Below, piece by piece: positions 39,401-50,408 of a stretch of DNA of 64,000 nucleotides. Made by a program: the position numbers and the translations under genes. The stretch is from Ginglymostoma cirratum. Its lineage: Eukaryota. How positions within the stretch are numbered: position 1 is the first letter of the stretch; each line of letters starts with the position of its first letter. The notes beneath the pieces are model-generated. The model was not told where the DNA came from. It saw only the letters and a program-made list of their open reading frames with translations, and made no database searches. Where the stretch lies: NCBI GenBank assembly GCA_024137785.1, contig JAHRHZ010000012.1, forward strand, positions 51,174,104 through 51,238,103, in the 5' to 3' direction.

Positions 39401-39969
39401 AATCAAATATCAGTGAGACCGGAAGCTAATGAATCCAGCAGCTCATTCATAAAACTAACACAAAGTTGATGTTTTACGCCTTTAAGATAGGGCAAATTGT
39501 CACTTTCCATGTTTTCAAGCTAATATTAGGAGGCCTTTATAGAACTGCATTACTCTAACACAAAAGCATATTTAGAAGCATAGGCTTCTAGCTTACAGAA
39601 ATATTCATGTCATAACTAGTGCGTGGTAAACGAATTTTGTTATAAACTGCCGCGCTCTGGATTGTTTGCATGAAATTCTATTTGCTACAATCCTATTGAA
39701 CAATTAAAATAATTGTTTTCAAAGCTGTGATGGGAAAGGCTGGAACTTACAATTACCTCTGGATTAATAAACAGAATGTTGTGTTTATTTCAGTATCCTA
39801 TTATTGCAATCCACTTTTTGGTTCTATACTCATTAGAACTTGGTTTAAACTATTGCTTTATCTCTGTAGATATTTCCAGAGATCTGCCTATGGCATTCGT
39901 CGAGTACTAGATTTTGATGTAAGGTTTCACCTCCAATTAGTCACCCATGTTAGCTGACAGTGCAAGTCG

Positions 39970-40208
39970 TTTCTGCTCCTTATGCATTGTACACACCTTG
40001 TCGCGATCCACCAAAACTCAAAGCTCTGCAGGTCCCTCCCAAGAACCCTAATCCTGCACTAATCTACCTCCTTTCAGATCCTCTATAAAATCTTTTGATC
40101 ACACTTCTTTATCTCTCCTTGATTGGCTCAGTGTCCCTTTTTGTCCAGGTCAGACATTCAAGCATATTGCTGTGTCAAAAATGCTAGATAAAAGCAACTT
40201 GTTGTTGA
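39970..40208 (+). mobile_element. L2 LINE 3' end
   Basis: ...tggctcagtgtc...aaatgctagataaaagcaacttgttgttg, an L2-type tail. Confidence 0.55.
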
Positions 40209-40222
40209 AACCATTGACTTAC

Positions 40223-43200
40223 CATATAATTCCTCAGATGTCAGTAATCCCACACTGCTTTGTTTGAGGGCCTCTTTGTAACGTGCAGCCACCTTCAATG
40301 CAGAACAGCTGCACTCAGCAAAACAAACAGTATAACTAGCAGACTTTAAAGTGACCACTGGAAGTTACCACCTAAAGGGTATACCTTTGTGTCTGAGGCA
40401 TGAGGAACCAGGATAAACGGCAACGTTCCTCCAAAAACCACTGAAACATTGGCCGTGTTCATGGGGCCCTCTCTCCCAAATGCTTCACCCTGACTCACCT
40501 CCTCCAGAACATTCAAAAATTCAACAAAGGAGGCCCAGCAGGTGTCTACAGCTAACCAATGTCTGAGGCCTATTATTAGGCAGACCTCAAGCTATCATTT
40601 CCTGTATAGGGGCTATTCTGAGTCCAATTTCTACGTTTCTGTTTTATACAAATGGGTCTGACAGATTAAATATGATTTTGTTGATGAACTGATTAAGAAA
40701 GATGAAATCTTGGAGGGGACGTCATTAAACTTGAATACTTTTAACAAATGAATTGAAAGTTATTTCTTCATATTCAACATAATTGAAATAATGCTACACA
40801 ATATAAATAAAAACCTAACAGAAGAATGTGAAGAATGAATTATGCAGAAACAACATTTACTGAGGTAGCGTTATGGTCTAGTAATTGTAAGAATGTTTAA
40901 CAACTGAATTTTAGAACAGAATAGTGAAGGGTAATATGACAAAGATCAAATGTTTTCCAGCACTTAGACTTGTGGAATACTAAATATACTTAACAATGAT
41001 ATCATTAACTCCTACAAAGAGAGTGACAGCAAAAATGCCTATTTCCCAGTAAGGCCCAAAAGCAGATATAATGCCTGGATTCGTTGATTTCTTGACTGTG
41101 TGCTGCCAATGCCACTGTTCAAGGTGCACTCACAGCCCGGCAGTCACAATGACTGTGCTGTCCCTGACGCCAATGCTGCAGCTAGTTGTCTGCACCAAAG
41201 AACAATGAGAAAAAGAAAAATGAGCAGTTTCCAAATATTTTAAAACAATTCAAATAATGATTTGCTTACTGCCCCGCTCCCAAAAATGGTCTGCCCTGCT
41301 CCTGACCCCTTACTTGCTTCCTGCCTACTACCGTCTGCAAGAGTGACCTAGGAGAGAACAAATGGCGTGAAATGTGGAGGGTCAGAAATCATGACTGTGG
41401 CAACAGCAAATGGGGTGAGGTTCACAAAGGTATCTTGGGTGTCTGTGACACCATGCATGCACACAGAGGTGAGTTTGCACTGATTTCCAGTTCCAGGTAG
41501 TCTTCGATGATGTCAGTGGCGCAGACATCCTGTTCCAATGCAGTGGCAGGAGATGCATTGCTTACTTTTAAACTATATTCTGAAGATAGCATGATCTTAA
41601 ACATTCTGGTGTTTCAAATCTAGTGCATAATATATTTAAAATGTAGAAACCTTTGAGCCATTGTAGAGCTTCCCACAGTTATGGGAGATTTTGCTTTAGC
41701 CTGAAAGTAATGAAAAGCTTCGAACAATAATTCATTAATGGGGCAATATGAAGTCATTAAAAATAACAAATAGCATCCAGGTAACATGGCGAAGTAAAAG
41801 CTGGTTCATCCTTTGACTTCCCCACATGGTACTCAGCCTCCAAAGGGTTGTGTTTCAAACCAGCCTTAAACAGTTTTATAAAAATATAAAGATAATTTCA
41901 AAACTCCTAGTACATAAAGAAACAGTAAAATGAAAGGCTACTCACCTCAAGACTGGCTGTGTTACTTCCCTTTCTGAAAAAAGGTCAGGAAGTATTTTTA
42001 AGATTGCTCATAAATAAGGATTCGAGCTGAGTTCTGCTGCACTACTCTCAATCTCAGCACCATACTCTCAGAGATCTTAGATTTTACGACAGGACAGTAT
42101 TAAATCATGGAGCTCAATTAGTGGCTGTATCCGCTCTGTACCAACACCAGTCACTGCCCCCCACTTCCGGAGCTCTCATTCAATCTAGATAGAAATCTCT
42201 TTTCATAGTTTGAATTTCTAGAATAATTCACCCCAAACAGCATGCCTGCTGCCAGGTGCATGACCTTTCTCTGCAACTGTCAATTTAGGGTTGGTCACTG
42301 GTGCATTATCAGGCATGTGCTCCTGCCTGGCTGCTTGGAAATTTCAAAGATTAGCTTGGGACGAGTAAACTCAGAGGTGCCACTCCTGAGTGCTGATCAC
42401 GTCTGAGCTTGCTGATCTCAAAACAAAAATTTACTGCAAAAGTAAAAGCCGCCACAAAATAAACATTCAAATCCTAATTTATTCGTAGCACTGAACGGCT
42501 GCTCACCTTGGCATTGTGGCCGCACAGATTAACCTCTGCAGCAGAATTACAGAAAGGGAAAATTGCGAATAACTCCACCATGTTTGAACATCTAGCCAAA
42601 ACAGACAGTGAAGTAATCTGCGGTCAAATAGGCAGGGATTATTCATACATGAACAATAATGATTTGCAAAAAGTGACAGAAACTAATCACCATGTATGTA
42701 GTCACAACAAATTCTGCCAGTTCAAAACTTGGATCAACTGCACGCATTGGATATTAGGATCGACAGAGATGTCTAAAATGCAATCATGGCATATTGTTGG
42801 TGCAAATTGTGCCAGGCAGTATACTAGGGAGGTAGGTAGTACTGATTTGGCAATTCTAATTCCTCATTTATCAACTGTTGATCACTTCACATTCAACAAA
42901 GGCTTTCAGTGTAGTTTCAAAAAATCTTGGAGCCTCTGCTGTCTCATGTTGTGCCATGATTGCATCTTTTTCCACTTTCGAATGGGTTCCACAATGCCAT
43001 CCACAACTGAACGACAATATTTTTGCAATAACAGATGCTGAGCTAACTGGCTTACAGTTTGCAACATATTCCATTCCCTTATCACCCTTTCGTTCATGGA
43101 CTTGCATTGGCTCCCAGTCAGGTAATGCCTTGATTTTAAGATCCTATTTTTCAAATCCCTCCGTGGCGTTGACCCTCCCTATCTCTAATATGCAACCTCA

Positions 43201-43811
43201 CAATCATAGCATCATAGAATCATGGAGTACATAAGAGGCCCTTTGGTCCATTGAGTATGTACCATCAAAAATGCCAGAATGCACTCTCCCCTCAGCGGCC
43301 CCCCCAACCCCCAATTATTTACTTCTGGTAATAAGTAGTGCAGCTAAGCTTTAATTCATTCTAGCTTCTGCTGAGGTGAATAACCAATCAGTGGAGGCTG
43401 CACACAATCAAGTTCATTGGCAGGAAACACAAAGTAGGTGTTGTGGCTTCAATGGAAGCAATTGGCACGGGTTAGCTCTGCATCCGGACTGCTGCACTCA
43501 TTTTCAATAACTCTTGAACTTAGGTCCCTATGCCCCAAAACAGAAGAATTGAGATAGCATGGGTAGAAAAGACAAGTAGAAAACAATACATGTGATGAAG
43601 ATTCCACTTACAGGGTTCTGTACACTTCTCAGTAAGAAAACTGATCTAGCCAACTCAGATAAAAAAAATACACACAACAAAATTATGACGCACTCTTTTC
43701 CTTAGCCAGATTTTTCTTATCAGGTGATCTGACTAGCTTACCTGTAGAGATCTGGAACTGTTCTCTTTCTTTAGATACAATTGAAGTATAGCTAGAGCGA
43801 GGTCCTGCTCT
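40223..43811 (-). other. speculative chain of small exons (unrecognised transcript)
   Basis: Consensus donors after 43742, 42507, 41946, 41314, 40499 and 40223, each with an upstream AG; the joins keep one frame open; no family recognised. Confidence 0.2.
43014..43267 (-). repeat. inverted duplicate of 45690-45946 (CR1 tail + L2 piece + CR1 RT start)
   Basis: Reverse complement aligns end to end with 45690-45946, including ccagttagctcagcatctgttattgcaaaaatattgt exactly. Confidence 0.9.
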
Positions 43812-45311
43812 CTTAAAGGACAGGAAACTAATCTAAACCGATTTAAACTGATGTTTAGATTTCCCATCAAGGAGAAAAATACTGAAATTCCCAAAAATGC
43901 ATTGGTTAAATCTCAGCAATGCTTTTCCTATAAATCTACTTAAGGTAACCGTAAGACTTAATTTATTCCAAATAAAAAGGAATTACAACAATGACTGCAA
44001 CTGGGAGTAGTTGGATAAAGGTTGGCTCAATCAGTCTGCCACCCGTAATGGCCAAGTGTATTAAAACCTCAAAGGTAAGATATTCGGCCTCCACCCCCTC
44101 CTTTTGTTGTTTATTTTCTGAATATCTGATTACTTTTTAAAATGTGGAGAAAAAATATGGCAATAGTCAGGTCATTGAGGTCTAACCAGTCACAAGGATC
44201 GGTTGTGGCTTTCTGTGAGGCATTTAAGATGCTGAGCAACCCTTGATGGCATAACAGTAAGAGACAACTGGATACTCCCAATTTAGACACCTCCTTTCCC
44301 ACCCTTCTGCACTCCTCACTACTCTGATTTATGTTAGATTTGACAATTGCTTTGCAGCCTCTCTTCAACACCAGTCAGACATATGAAACAAGACAAGCAT
44401 TTCAATTACCAATATAGCCCACGTGGTCTCCACTCCCAGAGGAGCTGTTCACCATTTCTCTCTGAATTTAACATGATGCAAACCAAACAGTTACTGAAGA
44501 ATAGGCCCAGTTCAGATTGTTATTAGTTGGGTGTTGACTTTTCCCTACCCTTCCAGTCAAAGACAAAGAAGAAAGGAGCTGAAATCTATCATGCAGTCCA
44601 GTCTACAGTGGAAAGCTCTTCTTAATCCAGGTAAACCAAAGCAAGAATGTGGAAGTCATTACAAAACAAGATTTCCACTAAATTGCAAAGCAGAGAATGA
44701 GACACAGAAATCCAAACTGGATTATCAAATGTAATCCATCAAGGTTCAGCATTTTCTACTGTGATGAATAATGAATCATTACAGGTGATTAGCAAAGTCT
44801 ATCTTGTGAATAACAAATGAGGTTACAAATCTGTGGATTTCTTCCCTTATAGATCATTAGGTAAGACACTTCACCAAAGTGCTCTCTCTACAACACTCAC
44901 AGACTAGCAGTAGTTTCTTTGTCCTGGAAAATAATCTATTTCTTGTTTATCTATATACCTTTGCAGCCACTACTTGAAACAACTTATATTTAATCTTTAT
45001 TCATGTAGCGTTTTTAACATAACTTAATTGAGCAAGGTGCTCCTCAGAAGCATTAGAAAATAAAATTATGATGCTGAAACACAGAGGGAGATAATAGGTC
45101 AGATGGCCAAAAGCTTGTTCAAAAAAGAAAGCTTCAAGGAGTGCCACAAAGGAAGAAAGCAAAGTAGCATGGCAAAGGTGGTGTAGGAAGTAAATTTCAG
45201 ACCCTGGAGCCTAGGCAACTGAAGGCACACTCACCAATGGTGCAGCAATTAGTGTCAGGAATGCACAAGATACCAGAAGTATTAGAATACAGTTATGTTA
45301 AAGAGTTGTGA

Positions 45312-45753
45312 TTGCACTGCAGGGAATGCAAAGGAGATTTACCAGGATGTTGCCTGTGATGAAGCATTTCAGCAATGAAAACAGCCTGAATAAGCTTGGG
45401 TTATTTTCTTTGGAGAAAGAGTGTTGAGGAGGGAAACCTGATAGTGGTGTATAAGATTACAAGGGGAACAGTCAGGGTGAATAGAAAGCAGCTGTTTCCT
45501 CTTAGTCAAAAGGCCAATGAGGAGATTTGAGGAAAAAATTCTGTCCAGAGTGTGGAGGATGTCTGGAATGAACTGCTTAGGAGGGTAATTAAGGCGGGAA
45601 ACCTCAAGGCAAGAAGTACGGGATGAGCACTTGAAGTATCATAGACCTAGTGCAGGGAAGTGTTACTAGTGTAAGTAGTAGTATATTTATGATGGTACAG
45701 ACTTGATGGACCAAAGGGCCTCTTCTGTACTCCATGATTCCATAATCCTATGA
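45312..45753 (+). mobile_element. 5'-truncated CR1 inserted in the L2
   Basis: aggagatttaccaggatgttgcctg...ggaccaaagggcctcttctgtactccatgattccataatcctatga tail; candidate target-site duplication TTGTGA at 45306-11 and 45754-59. Confidence 0.85.
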
Positions 45754-45889
45754 TTGTGAGGCTGCATGAAATTAAAGATAGGGAGGGTCAAGGACATACA
45801 GGGATTTGAAAAACAGGATTTTAAAATCAAGACATTACCTGACTTGGAGCCAATCTAAGTCCACGAACAAAACAGTGATAAGGGAATGG

Positions 45890-47392
45890 AAAACACTGCA
45901 AACTATAGGCCAGTTAGCTCAGCATCTGTTATTGCAAAAATATTGTGGTCTGCTATAAAGGATATAACAGCAGAGCATTTAGAAATTCATAATATAATCA
46001 AGCAGAGTCAGCACGGCCTCACAAAGGGGGTAATCCATCATAAGAATTTATTAGAATTCTTATAGAAGGTAACAATCCGAATAGAAAAAAAGTAAGGAGT
46101 ACCGTGGATGCAAACATACTTGGATTTTCAGAAGCAGTTTGATAAGGTACCACAGATTTGGCTACTTAATATGATAAAGTGCTCATGGTGTTTGAGGTCA
46201 TATATTAGCATGGATAGAAAAGGGCTTGTGGCACAGTAGTAGTTTCCCTAGCTCTGAGTTAGGAGGCCTGAATTCAAGTCCACCTGCTTCAGATATGTGT
46301 CATAACATGTCTGATCCACTTAGAAATATCTACCAGCATGCATGGTGGATTGGCTGACTAACAGAAGACAGAGTTGACCTAAGGTGGGCATTTTCAGGAA
46401 GGCAACCTGCAACTAGTGGAGTGCGACAGGGATCAATGCTGGGTCCACAATTGTTTACAATATAAATTAATGATTTCAATTAGGAAAGCGAATATACAAT
46501 AGCCATGTTTGCAGATGACACAAAAGTAGGTGGCAGAGCAAGTGGTGAAGATGACACTGAGTCTACAGAGGGATATACTCAGGTTAACTGAGTCGGTACA
46601 ATATTGGCAGATGGAATAAAATGAGGGAATATGTGAGTTTACGTACTTGGGAGGAAGAATAGAGGACCTGAAAATTATTTAAATTGAGAAAGACTGCAGA
46701 AAAATACAGCAGTGAGAGATTTAGAAGTCTTCCATCATAAATTGCAAAAAAAGTAGCATACAAGTTCAGCAGGCAACAGGGAAAACAAATGGACTGCTCG
46801 TCTTTATTTCAACAGGAATAAAGTTCAAAAATACGTAAGTCTTATTTAAAGTATCCAAGGTACTAGTTAGAACACACCTGCAATACCGTGGAAAGTTTTG
46901 GACCCCATGTCTAAGGCAAAATATACTGCCATTGGAGGCAGGTTTATTTTATGAGGAGAGACTTAGTAGCTGCTGCTTGTACTCATTGGAGTTTAGAAGA
47001 ATGAGAGGCCATCTTATTTGGAAATACAGGATTTTTAGGGTACTTGACAGGGTAGATGAGGAAAGGTTTTCCCTTGTTGGAGAGTCTAGGGCCAGAGGGA
47101 ATAATCTCAGAGTAAGTGGTCATCTCAGTCAAGATGGAGATGAGGAAGAATCTCCTCTCTCAGAGGGTACTAAGTCTGTGGAATTCTTTACAACAAAAGT
47201 CTGTCGAAGCTCAGGTATGAGTATATTCGAGGCTTAGATAGGTATTTTTAAATCAATAAGGTAATCAAGGAATTTGGGGAACTGGTAGGAAAGTGGAGTT
47301 AAGGAATATCAGATCAACTATGATCTCATTGAATGCTGGAGCAGACTCAATGGGTTCAATGGCCTATTTTTACTCCTGCATCTTACGGTCTT
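45890..47392 (+). mobile_element. 5'-truncated CR1 (RT domain to 3' end), pseudogenised
   Basis: NYRPVSSASV, YLDFQKQFDKVP, GVRQGSMLGPQLF, MFADDTKVGG, YEERLS...LYSLEFRRMRG. Confidence 0.92.
46222..46332 (+). mobile_element. short tRNA-derived SINE nested in the CR1
   Basis: gtggcacagtagt (A box), gaattcaagtcc (B box); imperfect flanking direct repeat agcatggatag / agcatgcatgg. Confidence 0.7.
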
Positions 47393-50069
47393 GCAACACA
47401 GACAGCATTTGGACGATCTCACGTTGACAGAGGGTAGAATATGGAAACCCAGCTAGGGTTCATTTGAAGTAGGCAAGTCAAGAAACAATGAAGGCAGGGA
47501 TCACAGTTTCAGTAGCCCACAAGCTAAGAAAGAAGTAAAGTCAAGCAATGTAACTAAAGTTGAAATAGTTGGGTCTTAGGGATGACATAAACGATATCAA
47601 AACTCATCTCAGGATTAAACTACCACAAAATGCACTTCTTCTATTTCCCTTGAAAAATCAAAAACAGTTGTTCACTAACCGCTTGACATTTGTCTTGACC
47701 AGAAAAATTCTTAACTCAGTTCAATTTAGTTCATTCTATAGTAACAAATTAATGCACTTCTTACATCTTGATATATAATGTGAATATTCACAATACAGAA
47801 CACTCCACTAACTTACTGCGTTTCTCTCCAGCATTATGGGCAGGCAACATACTAGGCAAACAAATTTGCTTTTCACATTAAACTGCACAGTTGAAGAACT
47901 TCTGCATATCATTCATGGAAGCTAGCTCCCTTTATATGCCATTTTGTTCATATTTCTTCTTGACGGAGGATTTGACTAGAAGCAAGTGGAGATTTCTGTG
48001 CTTTTTGGAAAAAATGGACAGGTAATAATGTCTTGTTGCATATTTCCTTTTCTCCCTTGGTAGGATCACATTATAAATTTTCATTGTTATAACATCATAA
48101 AAGCATACTGCTGTAATAAGTTGCACAAGCAAAAGATTTATTCTCCTCCTGGACATTTGAAAAAAGTGATTTTTGTTTTAAAATAAAATGTTATCTTTCA
48201 GGTTCAAGTGGGACTCATTCAAATTCATTCACGTGGCCCCATAAAAGTTAGTGCCCATAAACTAGCAAGAAGGAAGGTGGCAGAAAACAGGAGATCCATC
48301 TTTTCTGTTGTTTTACAATATGGAGCCATTTCAAGAGTCAGCACCGAAAGATGAGGGACAGACATCATGAGCATGCTCTTTTTGCAGCTAATTTCATCCT
48401 GGTGTAAGCTTGACAAATATTCACTCCAGGAATCTACACAGAAACACACAAAATTTCTGCAATGGAGCAGAGCAAAAAGACTGTTACAAAGCCAAGAACT
48501 TGAGCTTCCAAGTTCTTTCGATCCCGTTCCCTGAAATATTTCCAAAATATATCGACCACACTCAGTGAACATCAAGAATTGCTGGCATTTGCACTTCAGC
48601 TGTGTCCTCTGATAATTTAGTTACGATGTAACATCATCCAGAAGCAAATCAAGCTTATGCTTAAGGTTTAAAATCTTAATTCAACACATTCAAAACAACT
48701 CAGTGTTTACGTTTAAATGCTGCTAACTACGATTCTATTGTTAAGATGATTTCATTATCGCCATTTGAATTTTGTGATAATTTGCAAGAAGGGGTAGCTT
48801 GTAGCTCACCCAGTAGCTTGTGTGAATCATGAAGTGCAGTTGGGAGTCTACACATTAATAAAATTTGAACTGGTTTATGTAAGACACATCAAGTAGCCAA
48901 GTTTAGACATGGTTATTTCCAAGGTATAGATTACAAGGTAAATCCTTGATAGCTCCTTGATGAGGATTTAAGATGAAGGTTGAAGAGTTCTTCAACTCCT
49001 TGTTGAACACATTTGTCAATCCTGTCTTTGTAGAAGTCCAGGGCTGAATATAGCCTTGGTCTACAAAGAATTTAAAAGCTAAGGGAGGAAAATTTCAGTG
49101 CTGTTACAAAAAAAGTTTTGCGGTACTTAATTACACTGTCAAGGGGTCCTCCTCTCAATCAACTTTGATAAGTTGATGTTGGCCTGCATTCGAACTGGGC
49201 AGCTCGAGAAAGCAGTCATCCTTCCACCCACCCTTTGGACTTTTGAAGGGTCCGTAACAAAGTCTTACAAGGACGTACACAGTATGTACGGGATGTGCCA
49301 CGATTCTCTCTGACCAATTGCTGTTTGACTCAAGCAAGTCGAATTCTACTTAGAAGAAATTGAATAATTTTTAAATGTAATATTCTGAAATTTGTTACTT
49401 TTCCACAAACACCTCAGTTTTTTTTCCTTTTTCATTTTTTATATATTAGATGCACTTAGAAAGCATTGCGATTGGGTAGTGTTGGAGGGAATACACATGC
49501 GTGACTACCTACTGAAATACAGACATGGGTTCTATTTGCCAATCCCTGCCTACTGATTTTTTTGAAACAATCGAAAATTGTTCATGGGATCATCATTGTT
49601 TTTCAAATATTCAAGTTGGAACGGTAGCACAGTGAGTTACCAGATTGGTTCTTTAACTTGCGTTAGTGACCCACTTCATACTGGCTGCATTTATTCTGCT
49701 GATGATGCACATGCTTATCTGTGAGAGATCAGCTCTTCCAGGCGGTCTCACTTCCAGTAAAAGTTTCAGCACCATTGCATATTCATTCATTCATTCATTT
49801 TGTATTGACACTGAGTAATTCAGGATATGTCACTGATGCCAAAACTGTGGTCCAAAAATAAGCATTAAAGGTACACTGGATCGCTGATGTAGAATCTTCC
49901 TTCAGAATCAACTGATTGAAACTGCATTACGACATTAGTAACACCTGTATATGAAATTACTGTCCACTATATTAACAAATGCAAAATGAATTAACATTTC
50001 ATTTTATTAGCAAAGAAAGCAATTTCATATGAATGCATTAATACTAAATAACGCATTTCAAATGTAAAT

Positions 50070-50408
50070 GGAGATCCCCACATCCCAGGCCCTGTCACCA
50101 CACGGGCTGCTTTCAGCACAGGCAACCCATTTCCACGTACTTACGACCCCTATTACCAAATTTTCTTTATCCCTGGCATACTATCATCAATGCCTTTGTC
50201 TGCTAAACTGTCACTCTCTCTCAGCACTTCAACTTCACCTAGCCGCTCACTTCTTTTCCCCCCAACCCCTGTCTTCAGCATATATACCACCTTCTCCTAC
50301 GTACTCTCAGTTCTGAGGAAGGGTCATTGGACCCAATATGGTTAATTCTGTTTTCTCTACATGGATGCTGCCAGAACTGCTGGGTTTCTCCAGCAATTTC
50401 TGCTTTTA
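50070..50408 (+). mobile_element. Penelope-like element 3' end with terminal repeat and degenerate hammerhead
   Basis: cagcatatataccacc...CAGTT-CTGAGGA-AGGGTC-ATTG-GACCC-AATA...gatgctgccagaactgctgggtttctccagcaatttctgc. Confidence 0.75.

Larger units (their letters stand above)
44990..47620 (-). mobile_element. L2 LINE relic split into three pieces (about 44990-45311, 45755-45889, 47395-47620)
   Basis: Reverse L2 3' region (gcctaggcaactgaaggcac..., gatagggagggtcaagg...ggagccaat, aaactcatctcagg) resumes after each CR1 insertion. Confidence 0.7.

Noticed and set aside
40861-40885. let-7-like TGAGGTAG seed
   Set aside because: Rest of the mature sequence does not match and there is no precursor hairpin.
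42779-42965. 14-bp inverted repeat ATGCAATCATGGCA / TGCCATGATTGCAT
   Set aside because: Does not extend and has no target-site duplication; cannot be supported as a MITE.
42508-43041. 177-aa ORF on + strand
   Set aside because: Non-ATG start, no recognisable domain, runs into the duplicated LINE fragment; consistent with chance.
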